A stretch of 64,000 nucleotides of DNA from assembly GCA_051362555.1 (NCBI GenBank), contig CM120648.1, positions 1,651,721 through 1,715,720 on the forward strand, written 5' to 3'. Made by a program: the position numbers and the translations under genes. The notes beneath the pieces were generated by a model. The model was not told the DNA's origin, made no database searches, and saw only the letters and a program-made list of their open reading frames with translations. Numbering within the stretch: position 1 is the stretch's first letter; each line of letters starts with the position of its first letter. The DNA comes from Lingula anatina. Lineage: Eukaryota; Animalia; Brachiopoda. Of the stretch, positions 1 through 12,700 are shown piece by piece.

Positions 1-1
1 T

Positions 2-3000
2 TCCAGTGATGGTTTGAAGACAGGCCACAATGGCCAGCAACATCTCACAGTGAAACACAATCTTCGACAAACTCGACAAAGAGAGCAGAAAGACAGCTCT
101 AGAGGTGAAACCACGTCCACTTTTTCATATCAGTGCATTGTGTGTAAAAAGCGTTTCCCAACTTACAGCCAAATGTGTCGCCATCGCAGAATGGCCCATG
201 AGCGACCAAAGGCCTTGATCTCACGTGAGAAGGAGAAGAAATCCAAACCGCCTCCTAAAGATAATGATGACTCTGGTGAACAGGATCTGAACTCCAGAAT
301 TACTTTTTATGCTCATATCAGTAGCAATGTGGCTGAGAACCTAAGATTTTATTTAGATGGCAAGGATGATGCTCTTTCCAATTTCCACAAGCATTTAAGG
401 CATTATGATAAAGTGCATGGATTTGGAATTTTACCAGAGCCAAAGTCCGTAAAGCTGGACCTCAAGAAGTTCAATTTTACTGATGAGGAGATTGAACTAA
501 TTGAAAAAGAACAAGAAGATAGGAGACTTGGTCAGCAGGAACAGCTACAAGGGATGGACCAAAATTCGGCCACAGGCAAAGTTATAATGAATGATGCATT
601 ACAGGCAGAACAGCATGGAGCAAATTCAGAAGAATGTGAAAATGATAATTCACAAAGTGCAGAAGTATGTCCTTCTGAAAATGTCACAGTGTGTGCTATA
701 TCACATCATCTGGCACATGCTTATGAACATAGTATGTCTTTGAACAGGCAGGAGAAAGAGGGAGGCCCACCAAATCCTTCAGTGAGTACATCTGTGGGCA
801 TGCAAGAGAAGGAGCATGGTCCACCAAATCCTACAATGAGTTCGTCTTTGGGTAGGCAGGGGAATGAGGAAGTTTCACCAAGTCTTACAATGGAAGGAGG
901 ATGTTGGGGTGAAAAGGCTGATGAAGAGGAACACCAAATTACTAAAGTAACTGAAAAATGTATAGAAAACCAGGGGGAAAGCAATATGGAGGTCACCAAT
1001 ATTCAATGCGCTGTTTCGGAAGAAAAGGGAAGAAATGATGCAGTTCCTTCCTGGAAACAAGCTTCTTTAAATGAAAAAAGTGAAGTGTCTCAATTAAAAG
1101 GGAACTCTACTGAGGTTAACCAAAGTGAATACCCAAAGCCTGAATCAGATTCAAAATCCATTCCTACCAAAGCTCTGAAAGCTTCTTTGGCACCTGGTCA
1201 AAAAGAAAATATTAATACAAAATCCGCAGAGATGTTGCCTGTATTTCCACCTAGTGCCGCAGAACAAAATGATTGCCTTTGTGAAGGTCAAAATCAGGAT
1301 AAGGATACTTCTATAGAGAAAGAGCAGAGCAAGTCACAGGTCAGTGGTGATACTGTAGGTGGGGAAATACCCGTCAACATAGCAGAGGACAAAAAGACAA
1401 CTATCCCAGCACTACCAAGTAGCATCAAATCAGATCAGTCCTCTCAGATATTTAGAAAAGAAGACAACAAGCAATCAAATTCCAACAAAGCTACAAGTGA
1501 AAGAGAAAAAATAGTTTCTGGGCCACAGGTAGAAGGAGTACAGTCACAAGTGTTGGAGTCAGCTCAATCAGAAGAAACAGATGGACAAAACTCGACTGAA
1601 GGAAAATACAAGAAGCTGCCACTTATTCACAGATGTCCAGTCTGCAAGATAACCTTTGACATTGCTGCCGACTATATCAACCACCTGAAAAAGATCCATG
1701 GTATTGAGCTCCCAGAGGATCTTCCAGAAGAAGACCCCAAATTAACAACTGAGGCAGATGGGTCGAAGCAAACACAGAGTAAGACAAAACTTGCAAGGAA
1801 CATGGAGAAAATCCGTTCCCTTAGGTCATTCAGGAGAGGACAATCTCTGCAAAGCATCCAACAGAAGGGTATTACAGAGGGCGGTGGCAGGGGAGATGTG
1901 GATGAATCTTCGAGGAATACAAGATTTGATGAAGTCTCACAGTGGGACCAGGGAGTGGAGCAATATGGTCGCTACCCGGTCCAGAGACGGTATATTTGTT
2001 TGGTTTGCTGGCAGGATTTCCCAGACTTTGACACAATATTTGAACATGAAGTTGCCGATCATCCTAACATATACTGCCGCCATATTATGATAGAGAAAGC
2101 TTTTGAGTGCCATGTGTTCAAGCATGTCCACAAGCAAACCAAACAAGTGGCAACATCCTACAACATGACAGCAGGGAGTGGTTTAGAGTCAAAATGGACC
2201 CCCACTACCGAGAAGAGCCCCATGTTGCAGAAACCTAGACCAGCAACCTGTACTAAATGTGGAAAAGCATTTGACAAAATGGCTGATCTCCATGCTCATA
2301 TCATAGATGATTGTGCAAGTAGGGGCTCCTTAGGGAGTGCTCATGTGGGGGCCTCAGAAGGGGTTGTCAAGACGATAGAGGACAAGACAAAAAGAAGGGG
2401 AATCAAACACCGAATAGTTAATCTACAGGTAGTCTCAACGGAAGTAAAGAAAACCTACAATTCTAAAGGATTCAAAGAAAAGAGAAGTGAAGGGAGGGAG
2501 AATACTGGCCTTGGAGCAATTGAAAAAATAAAGCTTAAGCAGCCAGTGCACATAAGTGGTGGAAGCAGTAGTACAAGAGATAAGGGGAAATTTGCAAAGG
2601 ATACTACTCAGTGGGTGAGAAAAAGCATGAAACAACAACAGAAAAAAATTGAAGCAGTTTCAACCAAGTTGAAAAAAAGGCAGCAGATGAAACCATGGAA
2701 AGGTTCGCCATTCAAATGTCACTATTGCTCAAAGGACTGCGGTAGCCCGTTGATGTTGAGAAAACACACTGCTGTATGCCAGGCCCGACTGTCCAAGATT
2801 GCCAGCAAAAGAAAGACTAATACTTCTCCCTTTAAAGCAGCAAGAAGATGCCAGTATTGTGGTAAAGCTTTCGTCTACCAAGGTTCATGGTATAATCATC
2901 TTAACATCTACTGTAAGGTGAAGAAAATACTTCTTTCAGATGGAAAAAAGAGAGGCGAGACGAATAACGGCAAGGACAAGGAAGCAAAGAAACACGATGC

Positions 3001-5107
3001 CAAAATTACAAGGAAGATTGCCCGTGATAAAGTTCCTGTTGATGATAAAGAGAAAAGTGACAGTAAGCAACCCAGTTTATTTAAACAAAAACCTTGGAGA
3101 TTAAGACGAAACAAAACTGGCGGTATGCTTGTGGCAAGAACGCCCACAGTTGATACCTCAAGTACTGCACAAATACCAAAAATTACCAGAAATACAGACA
3201 GTCCTGCATCTCAGAGGGCAGGATCGGACATTGTCAAGCAGGAGGACGTCCATATCCCATTAAAATCAATACAAAGTTCTAACAAAGCCTTGGTGACAAG
3301 AAAACCGGCAAATGCGTTCAGGATTGCTGAGTCTGCTGCAAGTCAAAAGATAGCAAAGTCACGCAAAATGCTCTCTAGCCAGCCACCGACTGGACTGAGA
3401 CCTAAGGTGAACAAAGCTGGTGGCAATACTAAAGGAAAGAATCCTGTCAGCTCTGAAAAGATTATTCAAAACCAAAGCCACATTTCGGCCACCAAAGTCT
3501 CCAATTGTGATTCACAGCTAGAGACTCTTTGTGGTAAAGCATCAGCTCTAGAACGCCGCAGTTCCTCTACTGATGATCGTATTTCTAAGCTGATCAACAA
3601 TCTGAGGGAGAGGATTCAGGACAAAGGTAATATACCATTTGTATCGAGGGAAACAAGTAACTCACTTGGGGAAGAAGCTGAGGCAGCATCATCACAGTTC
3701 ATTACATGTGTTCAGTCACAGAGGAGTGCTACAGGGAAGGTAAATAAGAGAGAGGGAAAGAGTAAAGGAGATAGTCCCATAACATCAGCTTTAGAAAAAG
3801 GACAAGCCAAGATTATAGAAAGTGCAACTAGTTTTATTCACCCGCAAAAGAGAAAGAAAGCCGAAACCGAACAAGGTGTCAAAAAAATGAAAGTTGCAGG
3901 GGTTGAACAACGTTTAAAGACAACTAATAAGAAAACAACCAAATCAGCTCCACGGAAAACTATGGGTGTCAGAAAAGAACTTAACAAGAAAAAAATCGAA
4001 ACTCTGAAAGCAAAATCACATCAAAAAGAAGCCTATGCGGCAAAATCAAACAATCCCAAAGATTCTTCTGTACCTGGACTGGTAAGCCAGGTTAATACTA
4101 TAAAAAGAGCAGTGTCAGTGCAGGGGCCAAAACGCAAACTCCAGAATACGAAAGGAGCTAGCTGTGGCAGTAAATGGGCGAAGAAAATCAAAACCCCATC
4201 ACCGGTTAACAGCAAACGTCCTGATCCAAACTTGTTAGTACTCAGTAATGAAGACAACTTTGATGCACAAGATGAGGATGATATACCAATATCACAGCTT
4301 ATACAGAAAAAGGGTAGTGCGGCTGTTATTTCAAGTGGAAGGCCTTCAAAAATTACAAAGAAGGATGTCCCAGGTCGGCAAACCAGCAAATTGAACTATG
4401 ATTCTCCTAAAACCCCCAGGAAACCACAAAAGAAATCAAAAAGAAGCACCAAGGATAAGCAGCCAGAGTCTGTCAGTCCCCCAATTACTAACCATCTTAA
4501 AGTAGTAAAACACATTTCGCCATGTAGTGTTAGAGAAGTGAAATCAAAATACGATGCCAAAGACGTGGAAGATATTATTGGACAGAACCCAAAACATTAT
4601 TCAAATCTTCCTGATGACAGCAATGCAGGAGAATTGTCTGTGTCTGGCAGTTCAAAATCAGGGGATAAATTTTCTGGTTTGACCAAGGCAGAGAAAAAGG
4701 CTCATGGATATTTCCAAGGGAAACCGAAAACAAAAAATGGTGGAGCTGTGAAGAAACTGTCACTCCATGGAAATTCCTCGATAGTCAGATTGCCTGAAGA
4801 CCCAAAAATTCAGAAACGGAATTCTAAATCAGCTGCTGCCAGTCAAAGGGCCATTGAAAAAAGTAAACTGAAAACTCCACGTGAGATTACCAAGAGGGTG
4901 GACATCCAACCGCCTAGTATAAAGCAAACCGAACCTTCTTCAATTCCGGAAGAAGGTGCCCTCCAAGACGGCACAAGTGAGCACAATTTGCCAACAGATG
5001 TCGCCTCTGTGGATGGATATGATCGAGATAACGAGTCCTATCGAAAGTTTTTGCCCCTTAAAAAGAGAAAGGCGTTTTCAGCCTCATCTTCTGATGTTGA
5101 CTGTTGA
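2..5107 (+). CDS. PRDM2: PRDM2/RIZ-like C2H2 zinc-finger protein, very large terminal coding exon (5' exons, including any PR/SET domain, lie outside the window)
   Basis: The frame is open from position 2 to TGA at 5105-5107 (about 1700 aa). Widely spaced C2H2 fingers: YQCIVCKKRFPTYSQMCRHRRMAHER, CPVCKITF..H..H, CLVCWQDF..HEVADHP, CTKCGKAFDKMADLHAHI, CHYCSKDC, CQYCGKAFVYQGSWYNHL. The motif ISSNVAENLRFYLDGK resembles the conserved PRDM2 segment ISSNISENLNYYIDGK (recalled). The C-terminus is Lys/Ser-rich and low complexity. The TTG start in the ORF track is not the real start. Confidence 0.75.
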   Translation, partial: SSDGLKTGHNGQQHLTVKHNLRQTRQREQKDSSRGETTSTFSYQCIVCKKRFPTYSQMCRHRRMAHERPKALISREKEKKSKPPPKDNDDSGEQDLNSRITFYAHISSNVAENLRFYLDGKDDALSNFHKHLRHYDKVHGFGILPEPKSVKLDLKKFNFTDEEIELIEKEQEDRRLGQQEQLQGMDQNSATGKVIMNDALQAEQHGANSEECENDNSQSAEVCPSENVTVCAISHHLAHAYEHSMSLNRQEKEGGPPNPSVSTSVGMQEKEHGPPNPTMSSSLGRQGNEEVSPSLTMEGGCWGEKADEEEHQITKVTEKCIENQGESNMEVTNIQCAVSEEKGRNDAVPSWKQASLNEKSEVSQLKGNSTEVNQSEYPKPESDSKSIPTKALKASLAPGQKENINTKSAEMLPVFPPSAAEQNDCLCEGQNQDKDTSIEKEQSKSQVSGDTVGGEIPVNIAEDKKTTIPALPSSIKSDQSSQIFRKEDNKQSNSNKATSEREKIVSGPQVEGVQSQVLESAQSEETDGQNSTEGKYKKLPLIHRCPVCKITFDIAADYINHLKKIHGIELPEDLPEEDPKLTTEADGSKQTQSKTKLARNMEKIRSLRSFRRGQSLQSIQQKGITEGGGRGDVDESSRNTRFDEVSQWDQGVEQYGRYPVQRRYICLVCWQDFPDFDTIFEHEVADHPNIYCRHIMIEKAFECHVFKHVHKQTKQVATSYNMTAGSGLESKWTPTTEKSPMLQKPRPATCTKCGKAFDKMADLHAHIIDDCASRGSLGSAHVGASEGVVKTIEDKTKRRGIKHRIVNLQVVSTEVKKTYNSKGFKEKRSEGRENTGLGAIEKIKLKQPVHISGGSSSTRDKGKFAKDTTQWVRKSMKQQQKKIEAVSTKLKKRQQMKPWKGSPFKCHYCSKDCGSPLMLRKHTAVCQARLSKIASKRKTNTSPFKAARRCQYCGKAFVYQGSWYNHLNIYCKVKKILLSDGKKRGETNNGKDKEAKKHDAKITRKIARDKVPVDDKEKSDSKQPSLFKQKPWRLRRNKTGGMLVARTPTVDTSSTAQIPKITRNTDSPASQRAGSDIVKQEDVHIPLKSIQSSNKALVTRKPANAFRIAESAASQKIAKSRKMLSSQPPTGLRPKVNKAGGNTKGKNPVSSEKIIQNQSHISATKVSNCDSQLETLCGKASALERRSSSTDDRISKLINNLRERIQDKGNIPFVSRETSNSLGEEAEAASSQFITCVQSQRSATGKVNKREGKSKGDSPITSALEKGQAKIIESATSFIHPQKRKKAETEQGVKKMKVAGVEQRLKTTNKKTTKSAPRKTMGVRKELNKKKIETLKAKSHQKEAYAAKSNNPKDSSVPGLVSQVNTIKRAVSVQGPKRKLQNTKGASCGSKWAKKIKTPSPVNSKRPDPNLLVLSNEDNFDAQDEDDIPISQLIQKKGSAAVISSGRPSKITKKDVPGRQTSKLNYDSPKTPRKPQKKSKRSTKDKQPESVSPPITNHLKVVKHISPCSVREVKSKYDAKDVEDIIGQNPKHYSNLPDDSNAGELSVSGSSKSGDKFSGLTKAEKKAHGYFQGKPKTKNGGAVKKLSLHGNSSIVRLPEDPKIQKRNSKSAAASQRAIEKSKLKTPREITKRVDIQPPSIKQTEPSSIPEEGALQDGTSEHNLPTDVASVDGYDRDNESYRKFLPLKKRKAFSASSSDVDC

Positions 5108-6789
5108 AGAGAAAAGTCACCAGTACAGCGTTAGCTTGTTTTTTTTCCTTGCATAACAACAGGGCCTTTGAGAAATGACTATTGTAAAATGTTGTTATGA
5201 AAAAAAAAATTTGTTCAGAGGAATGGCACTTCATTTAAGTTGAAGTCCCAAGTCCCAAGCATTTGGCTTGTGTTTTTAATGGAATTGTAACTATTAAACG
5301 TATATAATGCACAAAACGTACGAATTTGGAACCGGAGGCCCTCGAAATGTAAAAACCATTATTGAAGGAATGTCTATTTATCTCCACTTCGGCGACCAAC
5401 TGGTGTTGTAGGTCTTTGAAATATGCGTCTGTCCATTTTGGCACAAGTTAGGACATACTTCATGCCTCTTGGGTCTAACTTTTCAACCAACGATAGTCTT
5501 GCTGTTTGTTGGTGACATTAGGTTGTCTGACAAAATAGTCGCCATGTAGTCTGGGTCTCGCTATTTTGATTTTTCTGGTTTAAGGCGGTATGGTTGTCAG
5601 CGCTCTTAGTTTGGCGATGTTCAATAGACAAATGCTAAATATTTGCTTCGGGAAGGAAACGGGAAGAATCAATAGAACAGATTACAATAATTTCCGTGTT
5701 CATTCATGTTTACGTAGCACCTGCGGATATTGTTCTTAACAAAGATGATTGACAATGTGACCCAAATGTTGGTGCAAATAATCTTAATTCCTAATTGTTG
5801 TGATTAAAGCTTTTGTTTAGAAAAGCCTTACTGTAATCAAGAAATGATTTTTTTTGCATAAAGAAAACCTCAGTTTGTTAGACAAGGTGTCAATTACAGA
5901 ATCTTCGGAGATTATGTTCCAATAATTATGGAAAAGATTATTGAATCGATAAAATCAAGTTAATATGATAATGTACAAACTATCCCACGTAATTATAAAA
6001 CGGTATTGTAATGCTTATTGAACTTTCTTAGAGACAGTACCTGTATGTTTAAGAATAATTGTATATTGTTCTCGTATTAAATCATTGAAGAAATCGCTCA
6101 ATATTTATTAGTTGATAAACGGTGATAAATTTCACCTTGTGTGTTTGTAAATGTTCATGTTGGTTTCTTAAGTATTTAACTTCTTTATAAAGGGACAGAC
6201 ACTGACAAAAAACAACGTGAGTCTTATCGCAAATCGGCTTTATTCACGAAAGAAAATGCAAAGAAGTGCACGTTACTCGTTGTCGTGACAACTCTCGTAG
6301 CTATAACAACCGGATATACTGCGTTGTCATCTGTCCGCTGGATTATTTTCAAGAAAAAATTAGACGAAGCCTGGGGAGAACAAATACTGGTACGGGTATA
6401 CATAAACAGGCTGCGTCGCTCTCATTTACTCCTTTGGTGTTTTACTAATGACCATTTTGGTATATCGCTGACATTTATTATACTTTTAATTAACCAAACG
6501 CGGTAGAAACTTGTGCTGATGAAATTAAAGATAACTGTCCTTTAAGAATTGAAGCGACCCTCATACCAGGGCAGGTGACTTGCTCAGCGGCTTGGATGAA
6601 CAATCATCTAACCAACGTGCGAGGATAAAATGAACATATACTTCCCGTGATAATAATTATTATACATTTGTAACGTCAACGTCATTTGCATCCTACTTTT
6701 TGTCTTATGAGAATTATTATTCAAACTTCATTGTTTGGCCTTTTTCACAGGACAGTATTTTCGCTGTGGCATTCTTGGTGATAAAGGCT

Positions 6790-9700
6790 TTACGTAGAAC
6801 CTGCAATGAAAATTGGAAACGTTTAAAAAATACAAAGTGATGTCATGGTAAAACTAAGAAAATAAAGTCAATTATTGATTTTTATTTTTCTATGACACAA
6901 AGTATAATATATATTCGCTGGTTTGTTTTTGGAAAAGGTGGCAACTTTTTCTTCAAGTTGAATGTTGATGAGCACTCTATTAGATTTGATATGATGATGA
7001 TATCATGATATTCGATATATAAAACATTCAAAATACATTAGTTAAAAAAGGTGAAGTAAATTGGCTCATCAAGGCGAGTTATAACAATGAATTTCGATAC
7101 TATAGAACAAAAACACGGACGACTTCATTGATTTGAATTCGTCAGTCTTACATGAAACTCCTGGTGGAATAATTGATCTCGTCTTGCCGAGACGGCCCTC
7201 TATCGTTCCGATGAAATCCGGCCATGCAATGGATATTGTGGCATCAGAAATATCCGCCGAGCAGTCCAGTACCCTGTCCCAGAGCCGCATGCCGTGCAGC
7301 TTGCCTTTAAACGTGTCTAGAGGTGAAAACGTCTCCAGGCCGTTCAGCTTTTGTCCCAGAACAAAGATGCCTCCGGCGGGTAGAGGTCGTCCCTTCGAAA
7401 GATCTTTGCCTCTGTGTTTGAGTGTGCCGTCCTTGTAAAATTGCCAGCTGCCTGTGAATGGAAGACAGTGTAAAAGAACGGTGTCCGGGGAAAATGGTGA
7501 AATCACTGAAATGCTTTAACTGTATTCACACAACTTCGTATTGACCGTGCGTGCACATTTTGGGAGAGAGTTGCGAGTCGAAGGTTGGAAGTTTTTGGCT
7601 AAGAGTCACTTGCTGCAGCAATTTTCCTCAAACATTTTGCCTGTACTTGTGTATTCTCATGCTGTAAATAATAAACATATCATTGCCTGACCCGGAATAT
7701 TAAGCAGAGCAAGAATTAATTTCCACAGAGTTGCTCACATTTCCCTAACCCCGTATGAGAAACGAAGAACTTTAACAGGTTTAAGAACTCACCGTCTGAT
7801 GCCTGCCACGTGGCACATATCTTGTGCCATTGCCCGTCTGCTGCGTCCACTCCCGTTATGGCCTCTTCACCGTTGACCACCATTGCAAAGTTAGTATATC
7901 TTAAACAAAAAGGCAATTTATTATGTGGATGTGAATAAAATAGTATAAATGATTATGGATTATTATATTAGCGATGATTGTTTTTCTTCGACCCTCGATC
8001 CTTGCATCCGTTTTTTTTTCGTCTACCTGTTCTGCTTTCATTATATTTGTTCATTCTCTCTTTCTTTCAGGTCACTTTCACATCGAGCGCTCCATTTTCA
8101 GTGATAGACAACTTAAGAGCCTGGCTTATAACTTAAAAGAGTCGATAAACTTGATCCGGTCGCTTTTATTAATCGGTACCTTAATTTGGGCCTGTGAAAG
8201 CGAGCAAAACCTGCCGCAATCACACGTTAAGACCAGTCGAACTGGTGCGATGAATAAAACTCTACCGTTCGTTGAACAAAAATCCTTTCTCTCCTTCTCT
8301 CTTTTTTCTTTCTTACTCTCTTCTCCCTCTCTCTCTCTCTCTCTCTCGCACACACACAAGCACACACACAGACATTAATGCTTGAACCAGTAATACTTGT
8401 AATACAGGCTTCATACTACAACATACCCAAAGATGGTGAAATTGTCGCCAGCACGTGAACCGTATGATATTGGCGTCCCATAACTCCCATTCACTTTATT
8501 GTTGTCACTGCTCTCCATCCAAAACTCTATAGTTAAAGCTGACAAAGACCTGAATGGCATATTAGGTTCCAACTTGATAAAGTCCAACTCGGACGCCTGG
8601 TTGAAGTCGACTCCAAAACATGGAGATTCTCCTGTAATCATGTATAATTTGTTTTGTTAAAATTGTGAGTTACTGTTTTTTTAATGTACGTTTTATCATA
8701 ACGTCAAAAGAAATGCCCTTCTCAGCTGGGAAAAAAGATATAAACATATTCAATTGAAGCACACGAATGATAGCTTGGTGGTTTGGTGAAAATTAATCTA
8801 AAATATTGAATATTTCGATAAGGGAACTGTTATTGAGAGTTTTGCTAATTTCTTTATGAAAGAGAAATTTGGTATTTCGTTTACTTGAAAAGACTGCCAA
8901 ATTTATCGAAAAAAGAGTGACTTGTGGCAAGTATAATGCATACTTTTATTTGATAGTACAGTTTGCCTTTGCAAATAAATGTTTTATTTTTAACGTCCGG
9001 ATTTTATATAAATACGAAGAATCAGTATAACATACGTGTGCTGCAAGTTTTCCCTGAATAATATGGCTTGCATTTGCATATGAATTTGTTGACGTCATCA
9101 TGACAGGTGGCGCCGTTGACGCAAGGGGAGCTAGCGCACTCATTGATATTAGTTTCGCAATATCTTCCAGTGAAACCCGGAGGGCATCGGCACTGAAAAC
9201 TGTTGACCCCATCAACGCAAGTCCCTGGAATTCGATTAATTAATTAATGTAAAAATCGGCAGTTTTGATCAGATTTTGATTTATTAAAAAAAGACAAGTA
9301 ACATTTAAACCTAAACAAGAGCAATAGAAATAACAGTCAGTTTTTTAATTTTTTTTATTGTCTGTTGTGTTATGCAATTATTCCATTTAATTTGTTATAT
9401 CAGTCTTTCTGATCTCAAATAATTTGAAGGTACACTATGTATATATAAATTTAAAAATTGTTAGGATAAAACTAACATTTAGAGGCCAAAATTAGATATT
9501 CATGGATAAATCCTTGATGATTTTCATTATTATTATTATTATTAATTGATTTTGAGCGTCGAGGGAAGACGGCATTTGACAACGCGATCACGTCCACTTT
9601 AATGTTATGCCTTACAGCACCTCTCGATAATTTGTGTGGTTTGTAAGCCCGCTCACCTTCGTTCTGACAACTCACGTCTTCACAGTCATCAATGTTCTGT

Positions 9701-12700
9701 GCACACTTAAGCCCCGTAAAGCCAGGCCGACACTGACAAGTGTACTCGTTCACCCCGTCTCGGCAACTCCCTCCATTTTCACAAGGGTTGTCCGCGCATT
9801 CGTCGACGTTAATCTCGCACCTGTTGCCATGGAAGCCTGGTACGCACAGACAGGTGTAGCCATTTGCCTTGTCGACGCAAGTAGCGCCGTTCTGGCAGGG
9901 GGAAGAGGCGCACTCGTTAATATTCAGGGAACAATCAGCCCTAGTATAACCGGGGGCACAGCGACACGAGTATCTGCAAAATGACGGTTGATCGATAGAT
10001 GAATGTCGGTACAAACTGCTTATTGAACTATTTTGGCGCCCTGTGTTGGGTTGTATGAAAGCCGTACAGAACTATACGCCGGATAAACCTTTACGGTTTT
10101 CACACAGCCCAACATTGGATCACAAAGTTATGTGATTTTATAAAGTTTATACCAGGTGCAATGAACAGCACTGCCTTCATTTCACGCAGGAACTTACGAG
10201 GTCTCTAGCAAAATGTCCATAATGTTCTAACGTACGAAATGGATACTGTGGCGGCCATGTACATGTACACAACAAGGTACAGTAAGGTGTTTTTTTCTTT
10301 AAATAGGCCTACACATACTGACAATAAAGCATTTTCATCGGAATATAAACGCAGCAGGTTCTTCAAAAGCTAGAAACATCCGTTCACAAATTTTCTTTTG
10401 CCACGAACCGATTCTTTTCAGCAAAAGACATGGCCAGAGACGTCATTGCGGGCCGAAGAATATATCATGCTAACATTGAAACATAACTATATCATAAAAA
10501 AAATAATAAGCTTGTGACATAGAAAATTTGTGATCTGATATCATCAACAAACAGATGTATTTATTTCGGCCATTAGACATACCCGTTCACCCTGTCCAAG
10601 CACGTGGCGCCATTCATACACGGCGTGCTCTCACAGTCATCTATGTTCACTTCACAGTTTTTGCCTGTGAAACCAACTGGGCATGCGCAGAAATACTCGT
10701 CTATGCGATCTTCGCACCGGGCCCCATTAAGACAAGGGTTAGACAGGCATTCATTAAGATCTGAAAATAAAATGCTTCAAGTGTAAATATTTCTTTCTTT
10801 ATTTCTTTATTTATTTGGTCTCTTTTTCATTTAGATCTGGCAAAAAAAAACTACTGGTACATGTGTACGTTCTTTATGTTTATTGTTTATCTTTATTGTT
10901 TAAATAAAGTTTTTCTACGCGGGTTCGACAATGTCCCGAAGTCCTATTTCATGTCTAGAGATATCTTGCAAAGATTCTGACTATGAACCGAGGAAAATGG
11001 ATGTCTATTTCCTTGACGACAAGTACTACTGTATACCTATGCAGTCTCCAATCCTCGTTTTCCCTTCACCCAGCGTGACCTTGCCGGATGGGCACTCTTG
11101 ACACTCCGTTGACCTTCCATTTGGTTGGTATGTGTTCTTTGGACAAGGCTTGCAAGGCTGAAGACCATCGACTGACACTGTTCCAGCAGGACACGGACCT
11201 GAAATAAAGGGGGGAAATTAAATATGTGCGTTGCTACTGTGCCGTGGACGCTATGAACGCTGAAAACACGAAATTTAGCGTCATTTGAGCTTCAAAATAT
11301 GTCACGTGCAAGTTGGGGAATGGTTCTCCGGATTAATTCAGAAGCAGGCCATTATTATTTAAAATATCCAATAGGCTACTCTCCTCCTCGGACAAAGAAA
11401 AGTATAAAACTCATCCGTTGGATTATACATGATAAGTGTACCGGTTAGGGTACAACCAAAATGACAAACTTCAGCTTTCAAAGAAAACGAGCCAAAATGT
11501 TTTTTTTCATCTGTATTTTTTTACATGAACGTAAATAGTGTTGAATATTTGTAAGCTGCAGCAAGTGGGATCATTGACCATTCTTCTTCTTCTTCTTCTT
11601 CTTCTTATTATTATTATCAATGAAATAATAAATAATAATATTTCAATTGTACCCAAATGTCCCCTGTAAGCCTACCATTATCTCAAAGTCCCGCGAGAGC
11701 GAGATTTCATTTGTGAAAATGTCACACAGATTCAAAAAGCCATACCTTTACATTTTCTTCTATCATCTGCTCCACCAAGGGGCGCCGTGTGCGTGTTTCT
11801 TGGACAGGGTTTACAACTCATCTGTCCTCGGGCAGTGTTGTAAGTGTCCGCAGGACAAGGCGAACAGGAGTCCGGATACTCTAATCCGTTACCGGAATAA
11901 TAACCTCGCCTGCACATCTCTGTAAAAAAAGTTTACCTTAAAACTGTAAGCTAAGACCGCAGGCGAAAAGGGGAGCAGCGACGGGAAGTGATCAACCATT
12001 GGAATCTAACAGTCAAGACATTAAAACATTTTGTGAAATGCATTGTAAAGTACATTTTCAAGAATTGCATTAGAATCGCATTACAATTGTTCAAATCTTT
12101 GAATGTATATGGCGGAATCCTAAGATTACTGAAAAGTAGACAATGTCCCAAAAATAAAAGTCTTTGAGGCTTTCACTGTTCTCATTTTAGGTACTTTAAA
12201 ACCTGAGCACCTTTCCACCTCTAGGCCCATCATACCACATACTTCTTCTGTTTATTTCTTTTTTCAATAAACCATCTGCCCCCCTCCCCCTAAATAGGAA
12301 ACCCCACTTATTAGGCCTACCTGTGTACCCTGTACGTGTTCTTTCACCTACCGGTACAGTTTTGTCTACTGAAAGAGCCAGTGGTCAGCGTACTCTCCCC
12401 GTCGGGACAAGCCACACACATGACCTGTCTCTCTTCCTCGCTGTACTGACCCTTGGGACATTTTTCACACTTCAGTGCCGCATTCTGAAAATATCCCTTC
12501 ACGCAGACCGCTGGCAAAATAGAGAGAGAGAGAGAGAAACGTTTACTATAAAAAAAAAAAAAGAATTTAAATTACAGGTCCGTAGCCAGCAATTTAAAAG
12601 GGGAGGGGGTCTTTTTCTGAAATAGTGGACCTTTTACAATGAAAACCTTTGTGTACCTAGATCAAATTTTACCCAGGATCGTTTTCGGACCATTTTAGTT

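Noticed and set aside
721-4763. Antisense and alternate-frame ORFs within the PRDM2-like exon
   Set aside because: They are short shadow ORFs with no recognisable motifs.
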